Source: a virus. Taken from it: a DNA stretch of 64,000 nt. This document shows positions 38,811-47,460 of this stretch, piece by piece; position 1 is the first letter of the stretch, and each line of letters starts with the position of its first letter. The notes under the pieces were generated by a model. That model saw only the letters and a list, made by a program, of their open reading frames with translations. It was not told the DNA's origin and searched no databases. The DNA lies in IMG/VR virus record IMGVR_UViG_3300028182_000001, positions 94,404 through 158,403 of that record. One strand, written 5' to 3'. The position numbers and the translations under genes are program-made.

Positions 38811-39569
38811 GTGGGAGAAATGTTATTATGGAAGAGAAGAGGTATTGAGTTAACTCGTGAGGAAACAATCGAATTGGTGAAGGAAGCTAAAACAGGATCG
38901 GAAGAAGCGAAGGAAAAGATTATACTTGGTTACAAAGGTATGGTGTACGACCTTGCTAGACGGTTCAGTAAAAATAGACAACATGAGTTCGAGGATATGT
39001 TCCAGGAAGGATTAGCTATTTTACTAGAAGTGATTGACAAGTACGATACAGAATCAGGTAATGCTTTTAGTACGTACGCATACCCACATGTTCTCGGTAA
39101 AATGAACAATGTTAGAAAGAGAAGTAATCCTTTGAAGATATCTGAGAACATTACGACTATCCGAACACAGGTTGTAAAACATAACATCGCAGACAAAACC
39201 CCTAAAGAGGTTTACGAGTTCCTTGGGAAAGATTACGAACTGAAATGGGTACAAGCTACACTTGAATACATGCGTAGTGGTAAAGTATTGAGTCTTGAGA
39301 AACCTTTTATTATGGATGGTAACGAGTCAGATTCTTCATTAAAGGAGATAATTGGAGGTGATTTGAATGGTAACTGGTCATTCATGATAGACATTAAAGG
39401 TTGTGTTTCACACTTAACATCTCATGAGCAGTATGTATTCCATGAGTACTTTATAAAGGACAGAATGCAATCCGATATCGCAGACGAGTTAGGGGTAAAA
39501 CCGCAAACAGTATCAAAACATGCGAAGAAAGCACTTAGAAAAGTTAAATTAGAATTAGGAGGAGTTTAA
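38811..39569 (+). CDS. Second sigmaF/G/B-like sigma70 factor (start may be 38820)
   Basis: EDMFQEG...IDKYD...FSTYAYP; QSDIADELGV...TVSK. Confidence 0.9.
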   Translation: MGEMLLWKRRGIELTREETIELVKEAKTGSEEAKEKIILGYKGMVYDLARRFSKNRQHEFEDMFQEGLAILLEVIDKYDTESGNAFSTYAYPHVLGKMNNVRKRSNPLKISENITTIRTQVVKHNIADKTPKEVYEFLGKDYELKWVQATLEYMRSGKVLSLEKPFIMDGNESDSSLKEIIGGDLNGNWSFMIDIKGCVSHLTSHEQYVFHEYFIKDRMQSDIADELGVKPQTVSKHAKKALRKVKLELGGV

Positions 39570-39570
39570 T

Positions 39571-40080
39571 ATGAGTACACATTATATTGAGAAAAGTAAA
39601 AAGGACGAAGCAATAAGACTATTAAAAGAGACGAGTAAGTCTTTACGTGAGATATCACAACTCACAGGGGTCTCAGTTAGTTCTGCCTTTATACTATCTA
39701 AAGAGCACCGACCTAAATCAGTGGCACAAGGTAATATCCGTAAAGGTCAGTTGTACAGTCTTCTGTCTCAAGGAAAGATATCACAAGCTACATTCGATAA
39801 AGAGGTCGCTCTTTTAGAGAAGAAGAAAGATAAAGTAGTCTTACCTACTTTCGAGGACTTCAAAGAGGATGGTGAGAAGACTAAGACGGTTGTAGCAGTC
39901 GATACGGAAACAGCCACAAGTGACGATCCGTTCAAGTTTAATTTCAATATTAGCTTATCGGAAAAGAACTTAACGAAGGAGGAAGTGTTGTCCAAGCTCC
40001 ACAACGCACTGAACATCATAGACCGACTTCCAGTGGTAACAGTATCATTCGATTTAACTATTAGAGAGGGAGATAAATAA
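39571..40080 (+). CDS. HTH-containing protein
   Basis: SLREISQLTGVSVSSA. Confidence 0.7.
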   Translation: MSTHYIEKSKKDEAIRLLKETSKSLREISQLTGVSVSSAFILSKEHRPKSVAQGNIRKGQLYSLLSQGKISQATFDKEVALLEKKKDKVVLPTFEDFKEDGEKTKTVVAVDTETATSDDPFKFNFNISLSEKNLTKEEVLSKLHNALNIIDRLPVVTVSFDLTIREGDK

Positions 40081-40081
40081 G

Positions 40082-40315
40082 ATGGAAAACAGAACACCGA
40101 ATTACCTTGTATGGGACGTAGAAGAGGTAGCAAGCGTATGTAGTCCTGAAGAAATGCAGATGCTTAACAGTATCATCGACAGAGTTCTTCAAGTAAGAGA
40201 GCAACAAGGTCAGTCAAATAAATTACAGTACTTAGTAATTCCAAACACAAAGCCGTACTACCGTCCAATCGCAGAGATGTTAGGGCTTATACAAGCTTCT
40301 AACCTACCAAAATAG
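40082..40315 (+). CDS. Hypothetical protein
   Basis: ORF with RBS. Confidence 0.7.
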   Translation: MENRTPNYLVWDVEEVASVCSPEEMQMLNSIIDRVLQVREQQGQSNKLQYLVIPNTKPYYRPIAEMLGLIQASNLPK

Positions 40316-40328
40316 GACACTATTAACC

Positions 40329-40360
40329 AACTTCCGATATTTTTTCGGAAGTTTTTTTTT
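40329..40360 (+). terminator. Rho-independent terminator
   Basis: AACTTCCGA-N7-TCGGAAGTT followed by Ts. Confidence 0.85.
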
Positions 40361-40370
40361 ACGTACAGGC

Positions 40371-40397
40371 AACTTTCTACGCATTTGCCCATATCAT
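40371..40397 (+). promoter_or_regulatory. Putative sigmaK/E-like promoter
   Basis: AAC-N16-CATATCAT; no sigmaA -35 between terminator and parM. Confidence 0.45.
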
Positions 40398-40456
40398 TTA
40401 ACTAAGTAATACAAAATAACACTTCCTCACACAGAGGAAAACAGGAGGTAATACTT

Positions 40457-41554
40457 TTGATTACAAATAAAACAATCCGTTTGAACCCTGAGCCTGATAG
40501 TCTTTCGGTAGCTGCTTTAGATGATGGATTCGGTGATATCAAATATGACTGTAACGGTTCACCACTTTTAATCCCATCATTTGTTATTCCTTACAAACCA
40601 AAACCAAAGGATGACTTCTCCACAGGAAGCAAGTTAGAGTATATCGCATGTGAGGTAGATGGTAAACGATATGTAGTCGGTGATTACGCAATTAAAATGG
40701 GAACGAATGTAGACTGGATCGGTGGGGAAAATAAACACATCGACAAACGGTTCCCAATCATGTTTAAGACCGCACTCGCTAGAATGGCACGAGGAGTGCA
40801 GGAGAGAGTATATACACTCATGATGAACCTTCCTATTAAAAACGATACAGCAGAGCGCAGGAAGGCTCTAATCGAGCTTGTACGAAACACACATGAGATA
40901 TCTATATCCTACGATGGTGTAGAGTTCATGCCAAAGATAATCACAGTAGAAGACGTAGTTATCAAGAAGCAACCTTTCGGATCGCTATGCGATGTCATGC
41001 TAAACAATGACGGAGAGATAGTTGACCACGATGTAGCAAGAGGTTTCGTAGTCCTAGTGGATGTAGGAGCAAGAACATTAAATATTCTGACAATGGATGG
41101 ACTAGAGGAACAACCTGAACTGACTACACATACGAATCACGGAATGTTTCAAGCATACACGGCAGTTAGTCAGTATCTAGAAGCAATGCACAGTATCACA
41201 GTTCCTGACGGAAAACTTCCTATGATAATGAAAACAAAGGAAATACGAAACATGGATATAACAGACCTGATTAATCAGGCATACGAGAACCACGCCAACA
41301 CGATTTTAAACGTACTTGATAAAGTTCTAATCGACAGTTATGGCTTTGTAACAACCGTGATTTTTACGGGTGGGGGTGCAGAACTACTAAAGCCGTATCT
41401 AGAGCAGAAATATGCAGGTACTAACATTCGAACATTGTTCCTAGATAGATACGCAAACGCAAGAGGTCTTCGCAAATACGGTATACGCTCTATGAAGAAA
41501 CAGAAGAAGAAAGGGATCAACATTCATGTAGGGGGTAATTCTTATAACGGATAG
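40457..41554 (+). CDS. parM: ParM/StbA-family actin-like ATPase
   Basis: Actin-fold motifs LDDGFGDIK, VDVGARTLN, FTGGGA, ANARG; TTG start with AGGAGG. Confidence 0.9.
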   Translation: MITNKTIRLNPEPDSLSVAALDDGFGDIKYDCNGSPLLIPSFVIPYKPKPKDDFSTGSKLEYIACEVDGKRYVVGDYAIKMGTNVDWIGGENKHIDKRFPIMFKTALARMARGVQERVYTLMMNLPIKNDTAERRKALIELVRNTHEISISYDGVEFMPKIITVEDVVIKKQPFGSLCDVMLNNDGEIVDHDVARGFVVLVDVGARTLNILTMDGLEEQPELTTHTNHGMFQAYTAVSQYLEAMHSITVPDGKLPMIMKTKEIRNMDITDLINQAYENHANTILNVLDKVLIDSYGFVTTVIFTGGGAELLKPYLEQKYAGTNIRTLFLDRYANARGLRKYGIRSMKKQKKKGINIHVGGNSYNG

Positions 41555-41565
41555 GAGGAAAGGAG

Positions 41566-41880
41566 ATGAGAAGGTCATTATATTTAAGAGAGGATATGGA
41601 CGATGACATTTTACAGGTCGTAACACCATTACTAAAGAAGAATAGCTTCGCACATGTAATGCGAGAACTAGCTCGGGACGGTATGAAGTATAGAGAGATG
41701 ATAAAGAAGGGTGGGAATGTCACACAAAGTAATACTTCTACAAAGCCTTATAAACCAAAGGCTTCAGGGGCTAAGTATGAGAATATCCCACAAAGTAATA
41801 CAAAACCGTTAATGAACGTAAAAATTACGAAAAAGGAGATGTCGAAAGAGGATATTGAGAGCAAATTGGATAACTTTTAA
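41566..41880 (+). CDS. Putative ParR-like ribbon-helix-helix adaptor
   Basis: RRSLYLRED..DI...FAHVMRELARDG N-terminus with a disordered tail; directly after parM. Confidence 0.65.
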   Translation: MRRSLYLREDMDDDILQVVTPLLKKNSFAHVMRELARDGMKYREMIKKGGNVTQSNTSTKPYKPKASGAKYENIPQSNTKPLMNVKITKKEMSKEDIESKLDNF

Positions 41881-41883
41881 ATC

Positions 41884-41990
41884 CGTCTTACCCATCTTAC
41901 CTAATTACCCTATTACCCACGGGTAAGACGTAATTACCCACTAATTACCCACATTTATGAGTATGTTATTTCCGAGGGTAATTAGGGTAA
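41884..41990. repeat. TTACCC direct/inverted repeat array (parC- or origin-like)
   Basis: Six TTACCY and three GGGTAA copies in about 105 bp, plus CGTCTTACCC/GGGTAAGACG inverted repeat. Confidence 0.8.
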
Positions 41991-42043
41991 AATCAGTCGT
42001 AGCAAGGGTTTTACACAGGTCATACGAAATTCATCTTTCCCAC

Positions 42044-42205
42044 TCAATCAACGACACGAAAATCATGCAGTACAGTTAGGATTTCATACAACTGCTTCAT
42101 ATTAATATCAATTTTCTTTCTATCTCTAATTTCTTGGAGAACTAAATGGTCAATAAATTTCATTTGCTTTTCGTAACGATACTCACTATCAGTACTGAAC
42201 CACAT
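42044..42205 (-). CDS. Small minus-strand protein, 53 aa (not in ORF track)
   Basis: MWFSTDSEYRYEKQMKF...HDFRVVD*; AAGGAGG RBS on minus strand (42215-42221). Confidence 0.7.
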   Translation of the reverse strand: MWFSTDSEYRYEKQMKFIDHLVLQEIRDRKKIDINMKQLYEILTVLHDFRVVD

Positions 42206-42246
42206 TCTTCGCTTCCTCCTTTATAGTTGAATCATTAAGTTACCTG

Positions 42247-42275
42247 TAGTATTGCCAAACAAAAAATAAATATAC
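42247..42275 (-). promoter_or_regulatory. Putative sigmaF/G-like promoter
   Basis: Minus strand GTATA-N14-GGCAATACTA upstream of the 53 aa ORF. Confidence 0.5.
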
Positions 42276-42290
42276 ATGGAGGTTTTAAAA

Positions 42291-42476
42291 ATGGGTATTT
42301 TAGCAACTGGTGTTTCAATCGTGGTTATGTGCTCGGCAGGTATTGCAGTCTCTACAGTATTCAAATGGTTACACAACTACGAGTTCAATATCGGTAAACC
42401 GAATAACGGATCGCGGTCGGGTGGAAATGACCGTATTAGCAGTTTGAATGACCGAGTTAAACCAGGCAACCGTTAA
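42291..42476 (+). CDS. Small single-TM membrane protein
   Basis: ATG 42291 after GGAGG; hydrophobic N-terminus. Confidence 0.7.
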   Translation: MGILATGVSIVVMCSAGIAVSTVFKWLHNYEFNIGKPNNGSRSGGNDRISSLNDRVKPGNR

Positions 42477-42508
42477 TAATAGAAGGTAACTATAAAGGAG
42501 GAAGTAAA

Positions 42509-43042
42509 ATGATAAACGTAAATTTAGGAGCTAAGAATTTGGATAGTCAATTGGAATATGTACCATTTAAAAAGACTACAACTATCACTGAGGAGCCAAG
42601 TTTTTTAGTAGAGAATGTAGTGAGGGAGGTGACGGAAGCAACAGGAGGTCGGAAAGTGAAGAAGGTACGCAAATTGAAGAAACTCGTAAAGGTTTCACTA
42701 TCCGTATTGGCAGCCAGTATCAACATAGCTCCAAGAGCACTAGCATCGGGAGTAACTGGGGGAACTCCACTACTATCTCCACTGACACCTGCGGTCGTAA
42801 TGGAATGGGGACTACAAATAGCGTTCATATCGGTAGCGGCAGGGGTTGCAGTAGCAATGGTTACACTTACAACAGCAGGGGTATACAGAATGCTCAGAAA
42901 GAAACAGGAAGCAGATGCGTGGAGCCAAGACATTCTAAAGGGACTAACGCAAGTACTCATAAGCGTACCAAGCATTTACCTTCTTTACTACTTGGCGAAG
43001 TTACTCTTCCAAAACTTAAACTTCTTAAAACTAGCCTTATAA
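42509..43042 (+). CDS. Membrane protein with TrbC/VirB2 pilin-like C-terminal hairpin
   Basis: Signal-like ...APRALA, then TM-charged loop-TM. Confidence 0.55.
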   Translation: MINVNLGAKNLDSQLEYVPFKKTTTITEEPSFLVENVVREVTEATGGRKVKKVRKLKKLVKVSLSVLAASINIAPRALASGVTGGTPLLSPLTPAVVMEWGLQIAFISVAAGVAVAMVTLTTAGVYRMLRKKQEADAWSQDILKGLTQVLISVPSIYLLYYLAKLLFQNLNFLKLAL

Positions 43043-44196
43043 AATATGCAAAGGTTGCAATCATTCCTCTAGCTACAGTTTCTACATTCTTCTTGACTTC
43101 ATTAACTGACAGAACCTATGCGGCCGTAACTGATTTAGGTACCGATCCGAACTCATTCTTCTCAGGAGATAAGGGTAACATGTTCCAAGGTGTAAAGAGC
43201 TTCTTTACAGGTAAAGTACAGGAGACGTTGATACCTGATCCGATACAGGAAATCATTAATTGGTTTGGTGAGTTTATAAAACTAATTAAAGAGTTGCCTG
43301 TAAATGTAGGTCATATGTCGGCAGACCTTATGGCTTGGGTATACGAACTATGTGGAGATTTAATCCTGAAGACACCTTTATGGTTATTCAGTAACGAATG
43401 GTTCACGAATATGACTCTGCTATTTAGCTCAGTGGCATTAGGTGCAGTTGCGGTCCTAACAGTCATCGAAGCAATCAAACGAATGTTCTCAGGTGTAAAA
43501 GACGGAAGACGACCAATGGTAAAAGCTCCGATGGAATTTAAAACAATCATTAAACGTTGGGCAGTCGTGGCAGGATTAACAACAATCGTTCCATTCTTAT
43601 TCCAAAAGACTTTCCAACTCCTGAATTATATATCCGATATACTCATAGGTATGAACGGTAAGACAATGGCTACAACTGCTTTATCGGAAACATTCGGTAC
43701 ATTGGATATTATAGCGCTCCTAGCATTCGATGCAGTCCTGATTGGTACAGTAATCCCTGTATTGTGGCAGAACGGGCGCAGATTTTTCGACTTGCTGGTC
43801 CTGGGGATTACGGCTCCATTGGCTTTAGGGGCTTGGGTATTCGATTCTAAACGTCACCTATTCGACCAATGGTGGAAGAACGTAAAACATCTATCGCTTG
43901 TTCAAGTATATCACTCATTATTCCTACTCGTGCTAGGGTGGTTCATATTCGGTATCCCTACACCAGTAGACTTCACAGGTACAGTCATCAAGTTATTAGT
44001 TGTAATCGGTGGGTTTGCTCGTATGCAGAATCCTCCGAGATTGATAGCGCAACATCTAGACAGCGGAGGAGGGTTAGATGAGATTACGAAGAAACCACTT
44101 AGAGGAACAAGACAGAAGATTCTAAGTAACTTTGCTTTCTCTAAGAGTGCAGTAATGAGTCCAATTAATTTGTTGAAAAAGATTAAAAAGAAATAG
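42805..44196 (+). CDS. Polytopic membrane protein, VirB6/TrbL-like (start uncertain)
   Basis: About 6-7 TM; RFFDLLVLGITAPLAL...FDQWWK...LVQVYH resembles the VirB6/TrbL core. Confidence 0.6.
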   Translation: MGTTNSVHIGSGRGCSSNGYTYNSRGIQNAQKETGSRCVEPRHSKGTNASTHKRTKHLPSLLLGEVTLPKLKLLKTSLIKYAKVAIIPLATVSTFFLTSLTDRTYAAVTDLGTDPNSFFSGDKGNMFQGVKSFFTGKVQETLIPDPIQEIINWFGEFIKLIKELPVNVGHMSADLMAWVYELCGDLILKTPLWLFSNEWFTNMTLLFSSVALGAVAVLTVIEAIKRMFSGVKDGRRPMVKAPMEFKTIIKRWAVVAGLTTIVPFLFQKTFQLLNYISDILIGMNGKTMATTALSETFGTLDIIALLAFDAVLIGTVIPVLWQNGRRFFDLLVLGITAPLALGAWVFDSKRHLFDQWWKNVKHLSLVQVYHSLFLLVLGWFIFGIPTPVDFTGTVIKLLVVIGGFARMQNPPRLIAQHLDSGGGLDEITKKPLRGTRQKILSNFAFSKSAVMSPINLLKKIKKK

Positions 44197-44207
44197 GGGG
44201 AACTACC

Positions 44208-44324
44208 ATGAGTATGACGACTGCAATTATCATTTTGAATACGACTATGTTATTGACAAACGCTACAGTGAATGCGATTCAATCTATCCTGCTCTACAAG
44301 GAGTTGAAGAGACGTGTGGACTAA
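44208..44324 (+). CDS. Small hydrophobic protein, 38 aa (not in ORF track)
   Basis: MSMTTAIIILNTTMLLTN...RRVD*; GGGGG RBS. Confidence 0.55.
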   Translation: MSMTTAIIILNTTMLLTNATVNAIQSILLYKELKRRVD

Positions 44325-46635
44325 AACGAAGGGAGCTAAGAACATATCCAACTACTTCTCCATTGTAGATGATATCGGTAAAGCATTTGAGCAGATTATG
44401 AATGCAGACACAGAAGGACTATTCGGGCTAGAGCTTCAATTGTATCCAGGAGGGAGAAGTCTTGTTCTTGTCTCTCCTCCTAGTCTTCGGATCGGTAACG
44501 GAATTAGTCCTCGTCAGACGCTCGTAGAAGGCGACACAGAAGACTTGTCTTACTATGAGGGATATTTACTCGAACCTAACTTCCTCCCACTGTACGGGGC
44601 TTATAAAGGTGCCTTACTGAACGAACTATCTTCTATAGAATTGAAGGGAGGTGAAATCATTGAATTGCAGTGGCTGCTCCGTAGACGGTACGACAATTGG
44701 AGACCGAATGCAGTAGCAAGATATAGCAGTTATTTAGAAGGTAATGACTACCCGATGCAGTCTAAACTAGGTAGAGGTCTTCAAACAAAAATTCTGAAAA
44801 CTCTGAACAAGATAGCTTCATTCGAAACCAAGAGACCGTATATCCAAGAAGTAGAAAATAAAATTGTAGACGAAGCATATCAATTCCAGTTAAGAGTAGT
44901 CGTCCGTTCTAAGGAGCCTAAGAGCCTTGTACAGTGCTTGGATAACGTCCTAAGCAAATACGACTCGTACAATGCTATCCGACTCTATAAACGGAAGGAG
45001 CGTGGGATAAAGCAGGAATACACGGATCGTATCATGACAGGAGATACGGACACACAGATATTAAGTAGAACAGAGCTTGTATCCTTATTCGGTGGGACCG
45101 CAATAGAAGTTACACCAGTACAACCAGCCGTAACTGAAAAGCAACTAACGGATTACAGAGTGACCGAGGTTAAGACCGATGGAATAATAGCTCTATTGCC
45201 AAAGTATGATAGGGAGAAGGTTGAAGCAGACGAAGGATTAATCACGAAACTGGCTGAAGCAATGAAACGAGTTGGGTTAATTAGTCAAGCACGTCTAACA
45301 AATAGTACCATCACTTCAGGTATCAGGCTCACGGTTATCCAATGTGATATACCGAAACAAAAGACATTGAGCCACATTGTAGGTAAAGCAGTCGATATAC
45401 AGGCCGCACTTGGAGTTGTATCTTTAAGCGTTGAACAAGGGAGCACGGCAGATACAGTACGATTTACGATCCCAAACGAAGTTCCTTCTATAATAGGATT
45501 ACGAGAACTACTGGAAGATGCACGGTTCCACGAGTATGCTCAGGACGCAGTACTACCATTCATCGTAGGAGTAAACGAAATAGACGAACCGATATACCTG
45601 TCACTCGGGAAGCTTGTACACCTGATGGTGGCAGGGACTACAGGCTCAGGTAAATCGGTATTCGTAAATACACTCATTATATCCTTATTGGCTACGTATC
45701 CACCTGAGTTGCTTCGCTTCTATATGATTGATCCGAAACTAGTAGAGCTTAGTCATTATAAAGACCTACCACACGTAGAGCACGTAGTCACAGACATGGA
45801 GAAGGCTTCGGCTATGCTCAGTAAACTGGTGAAGGAGATGGAACGAAGATACTCACAGTTCAGCGAGAACGGTGTAAAAGGTATCAAAGTGTATAACGAG
45901 AAGATGGATGTAAAAATGCCGTATATCGTCTGTGTAGTGGATGAGTATGCAGATTTACGGGATACAAACCCTGAAGTAGAGGAATATCTTGTTAGGCTAG
46001 GTCAGAAAGCACGGGCCGCAGGAATACACTTAGTTATTGCCACACAGAGACCGAGTTCAACTGTTATTAGTGGGCGTGTAAAAGCAGTCATACCGAGCGC
46101 AATAAGCTTCAACCTTAATTCTAATACAGACTATAAAACTGTATTTGGGAAAGGGATCGGAAGTACGAAATTATTAGGACGTGGGGACGGGATCATGAGG
46201 ATAGAAGGTTGGGAGAAAGAGTTCCAACGCTTTCAGAGTTCGATTGTAAGCCCCATAGAGTCCCGTGAGGAGCAAGTGTATAAGGACATAATAAATTACT
46301 ACTCAGATGTAAAAACAATCCCATTAGACGTTCAGAAGCCTGTTATAGAAGAAGTCATATCATTTGACGGAAATATAGAACTTGAAGAAGATATAGAACT
46401 GGACTACGACATCATTACAGAAGAGGACTTATTAGAGAAGTTAAAAGGTGTTATAGCACGTACTAGAGAAACGAGAGTTGCAGAGTTACGTAAGCTAATG
46501 AAGATTAAAATGAATGTTCTATCAGACCTTATGAATAAGCTGGTGGAGGAAGGTTGGTTAGTGAAGCATCCTTCTAGGGCTAAAGGTTATGAAATATCCA
46601 TAGATGAGTTGACGTTGGCTCGATACAAAAAATAA
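44314..46635 (+). CDS. ftsK: FtsK/SpoIIIE-family DNA translocase
   Basis: HLMVAGTTGSGKS, IDPK, VVDEYAD, RAAGIHLVIATQRP, LLGRGD; C-terminal wHTH gamma-like domain. Confidence 0.93.
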   Translation: MWTKTKGAKNISNYFSIVDDIGKAFEQIMNADTEGLFGLELQLYPGGRSLVLVSPPSLRIGNGISPRQTLVEGDTEDLSYYEGYLLEPNFLPLYGAYKGALLNELSSIELKGGEIIELQWLLRRRYDNWRPNAVARYSSYLEGNDYPMQSKLGRGLQTKILKTLNKIASFETKRPYIQEVENKIVDEAYQFQLRVVVRSKEPKSLVQCLDNVLSKYDSYNAIRLYKRKERGIKQEYTDRIMTGDTDTQILSRTELVSLFGGTAIEVTPVQPAVTEKQLTDYRVTEVKTDGIIALLPKYDREKVEADEGLITKLAEAMKRVGLISQARLTNSTITSGIRLTVIQCDIPKQKTLSHIVGKAVDIQAALGVVSLSVEQGSTADTVRFTIPNEVPSIIGLRELLEDARFHEYAQDAVLPFIVGVNEIDEPIYLSLGKLVHLMVAGTTGSGKSVFVNTLIISLLATYPPELLRFYMIDPKLVELSHYKDLPHVEHVVTDMEKASAMLSKLVKEMERRYSQFSENGVKGIKVYNEKMDVKMPYIVCVVDEYADLRDTNPEVEEYLVRLGQKARAAGIHLVIATQRPSSTVISGRVKAVIPSAISFNLNSNTDYKTVFGKGIGSTKLLGRGDGIMRIEGWEKEFQRFQSSIVSPIESREEQVYKDIINYYSDVKTIPLDVQKPVIEEVISFDGNIELEEDIELDYDIITEEDLLEKLKGVIARTRETRVAELRKLMKIKMNVLSDLMNKLVEEGWLVKHPSRAKGYEISIDELTLARYKK

Positions 46636-46651
46636 ATGTTGGCTAAAAGGA

Positions 46652-46678
46652 AACAATTTAGTTCTAACCCCATACAAT
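46652..46678 (+). promoter_or_regulatory. Putative sigmaK/E-like promoter
   Basis: AAC-N16-CATACAAT. Confidence 0.5.
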
Positions 46679-46742
46679 GAGCCATAGACTATAACATGTA
46701 ACACAAAGTAACACAAAAACAAAAATCGGGAGGAATTTAAAA

Positions 46743-47426
46743 ATGAAAAACACAACTAAAAAAATCGCAATTGGTGGAGCAGTAGTAGCATCATTATTAG
46801 TGGGAGCACTTGGTGGAGCAGCAGGAGCAAGTTCATACTTAAATGACAATACAGTGGATTTAGTATCATTTAAACAGTGGAGTAATGAGCTTACGGATAA
46901 AGTAGTTAAGAAGAACGGTACTATTAAAGACTTACAGGCTTCTGTAGCTAACCTTGAGAAAGCAAACAAGGAGTTACAGGATTCAAATATACAGAAGGAC
47001 GCTCAGATTGAGAAGTTGAATGCAGAAGTTACTGCTTTTACAGAACAGGTTAAAGTTCTCCAACAAGATATCGCTAATAAAAATATGACGATTGATAAGT
47101 TAACTGCTTGCATTGCAGAGCTAGAGGGTAAAGTAAAAGGACTACAGGATAAAGTAAATGGTCTTGAGAAGAGTAATGCAGAGAAGCAAGCAATTATTGA
47201 TAACTTGACTGCAACATTAAAAGCTACAGAGCAACAACTTAAAAATACACAGGTTATCCTAGCACAAACGAAAAAAGAACTTGATGCTGCTAATCAATCA
47301 GGTAAAGAAAAAGATGCAAAGATTGCTAACTTAGAAGCTAAATTGAAAGAATACAGTGATGAAATTAATACATTGAAACCACTTCAGAAACAACAGGATC
47401 AGAAAATTAAAGACTCGGAGAAATAA
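46743..47426 (+). CDS. Exported or anchored long coiled-coil protein
   Basis: Signal peptide followed by continuous heptads. Confidence 0.8.
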   Translation: MKNTTKKIAIGGAVVASLLVGALGGAAGASSYLNDNTVDLVSFKQWSNELTDKVVKKNGTIKDLQASVANLEKANKELQDSNIQKDAQIEKLNAEVTAFTEQVKVLQQDIANKNMTIDKLTACIAELEGKVKGLQDKVNGLEKSNAEKQAIIDNLTATLKATEQQLKNTQVILAQTKKELDAANQSGKEKDAKIANLEAKLKEYSDEINTLKPLQKQQDQKIKDSEK

Positions 47427-47433
47427 CATGTCA

Positions 47434-47460
47434 GGGGAGTCCATTACGGGTTCCCTTTTT
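47434..47460 (+). terminator. Rho-independent terminator
   Basis: GGGAGTCC-loop-GGGTTCCC followed by Ts. Confidence 0.75.

Noticed and set aside
41840-41846. Spo0A box TGTCGAA
   Set aside because: A single heptamer inside the parR coding sequence is expected by chance; no parS palindrome was noticed.
41884-41990. CRISPR array or mini-array
   Set aside because: The units are 6-10 bp with no unique spacers, and no cas genes are present.
42291-46635. Full conjugative T4SS or integrated ICE
   Set aside because: No VirB4, relaxase, wall hydrolase or integrase is visible, and the block shares the phage's GGATCR and GCGGCC bias, indicating long residence.
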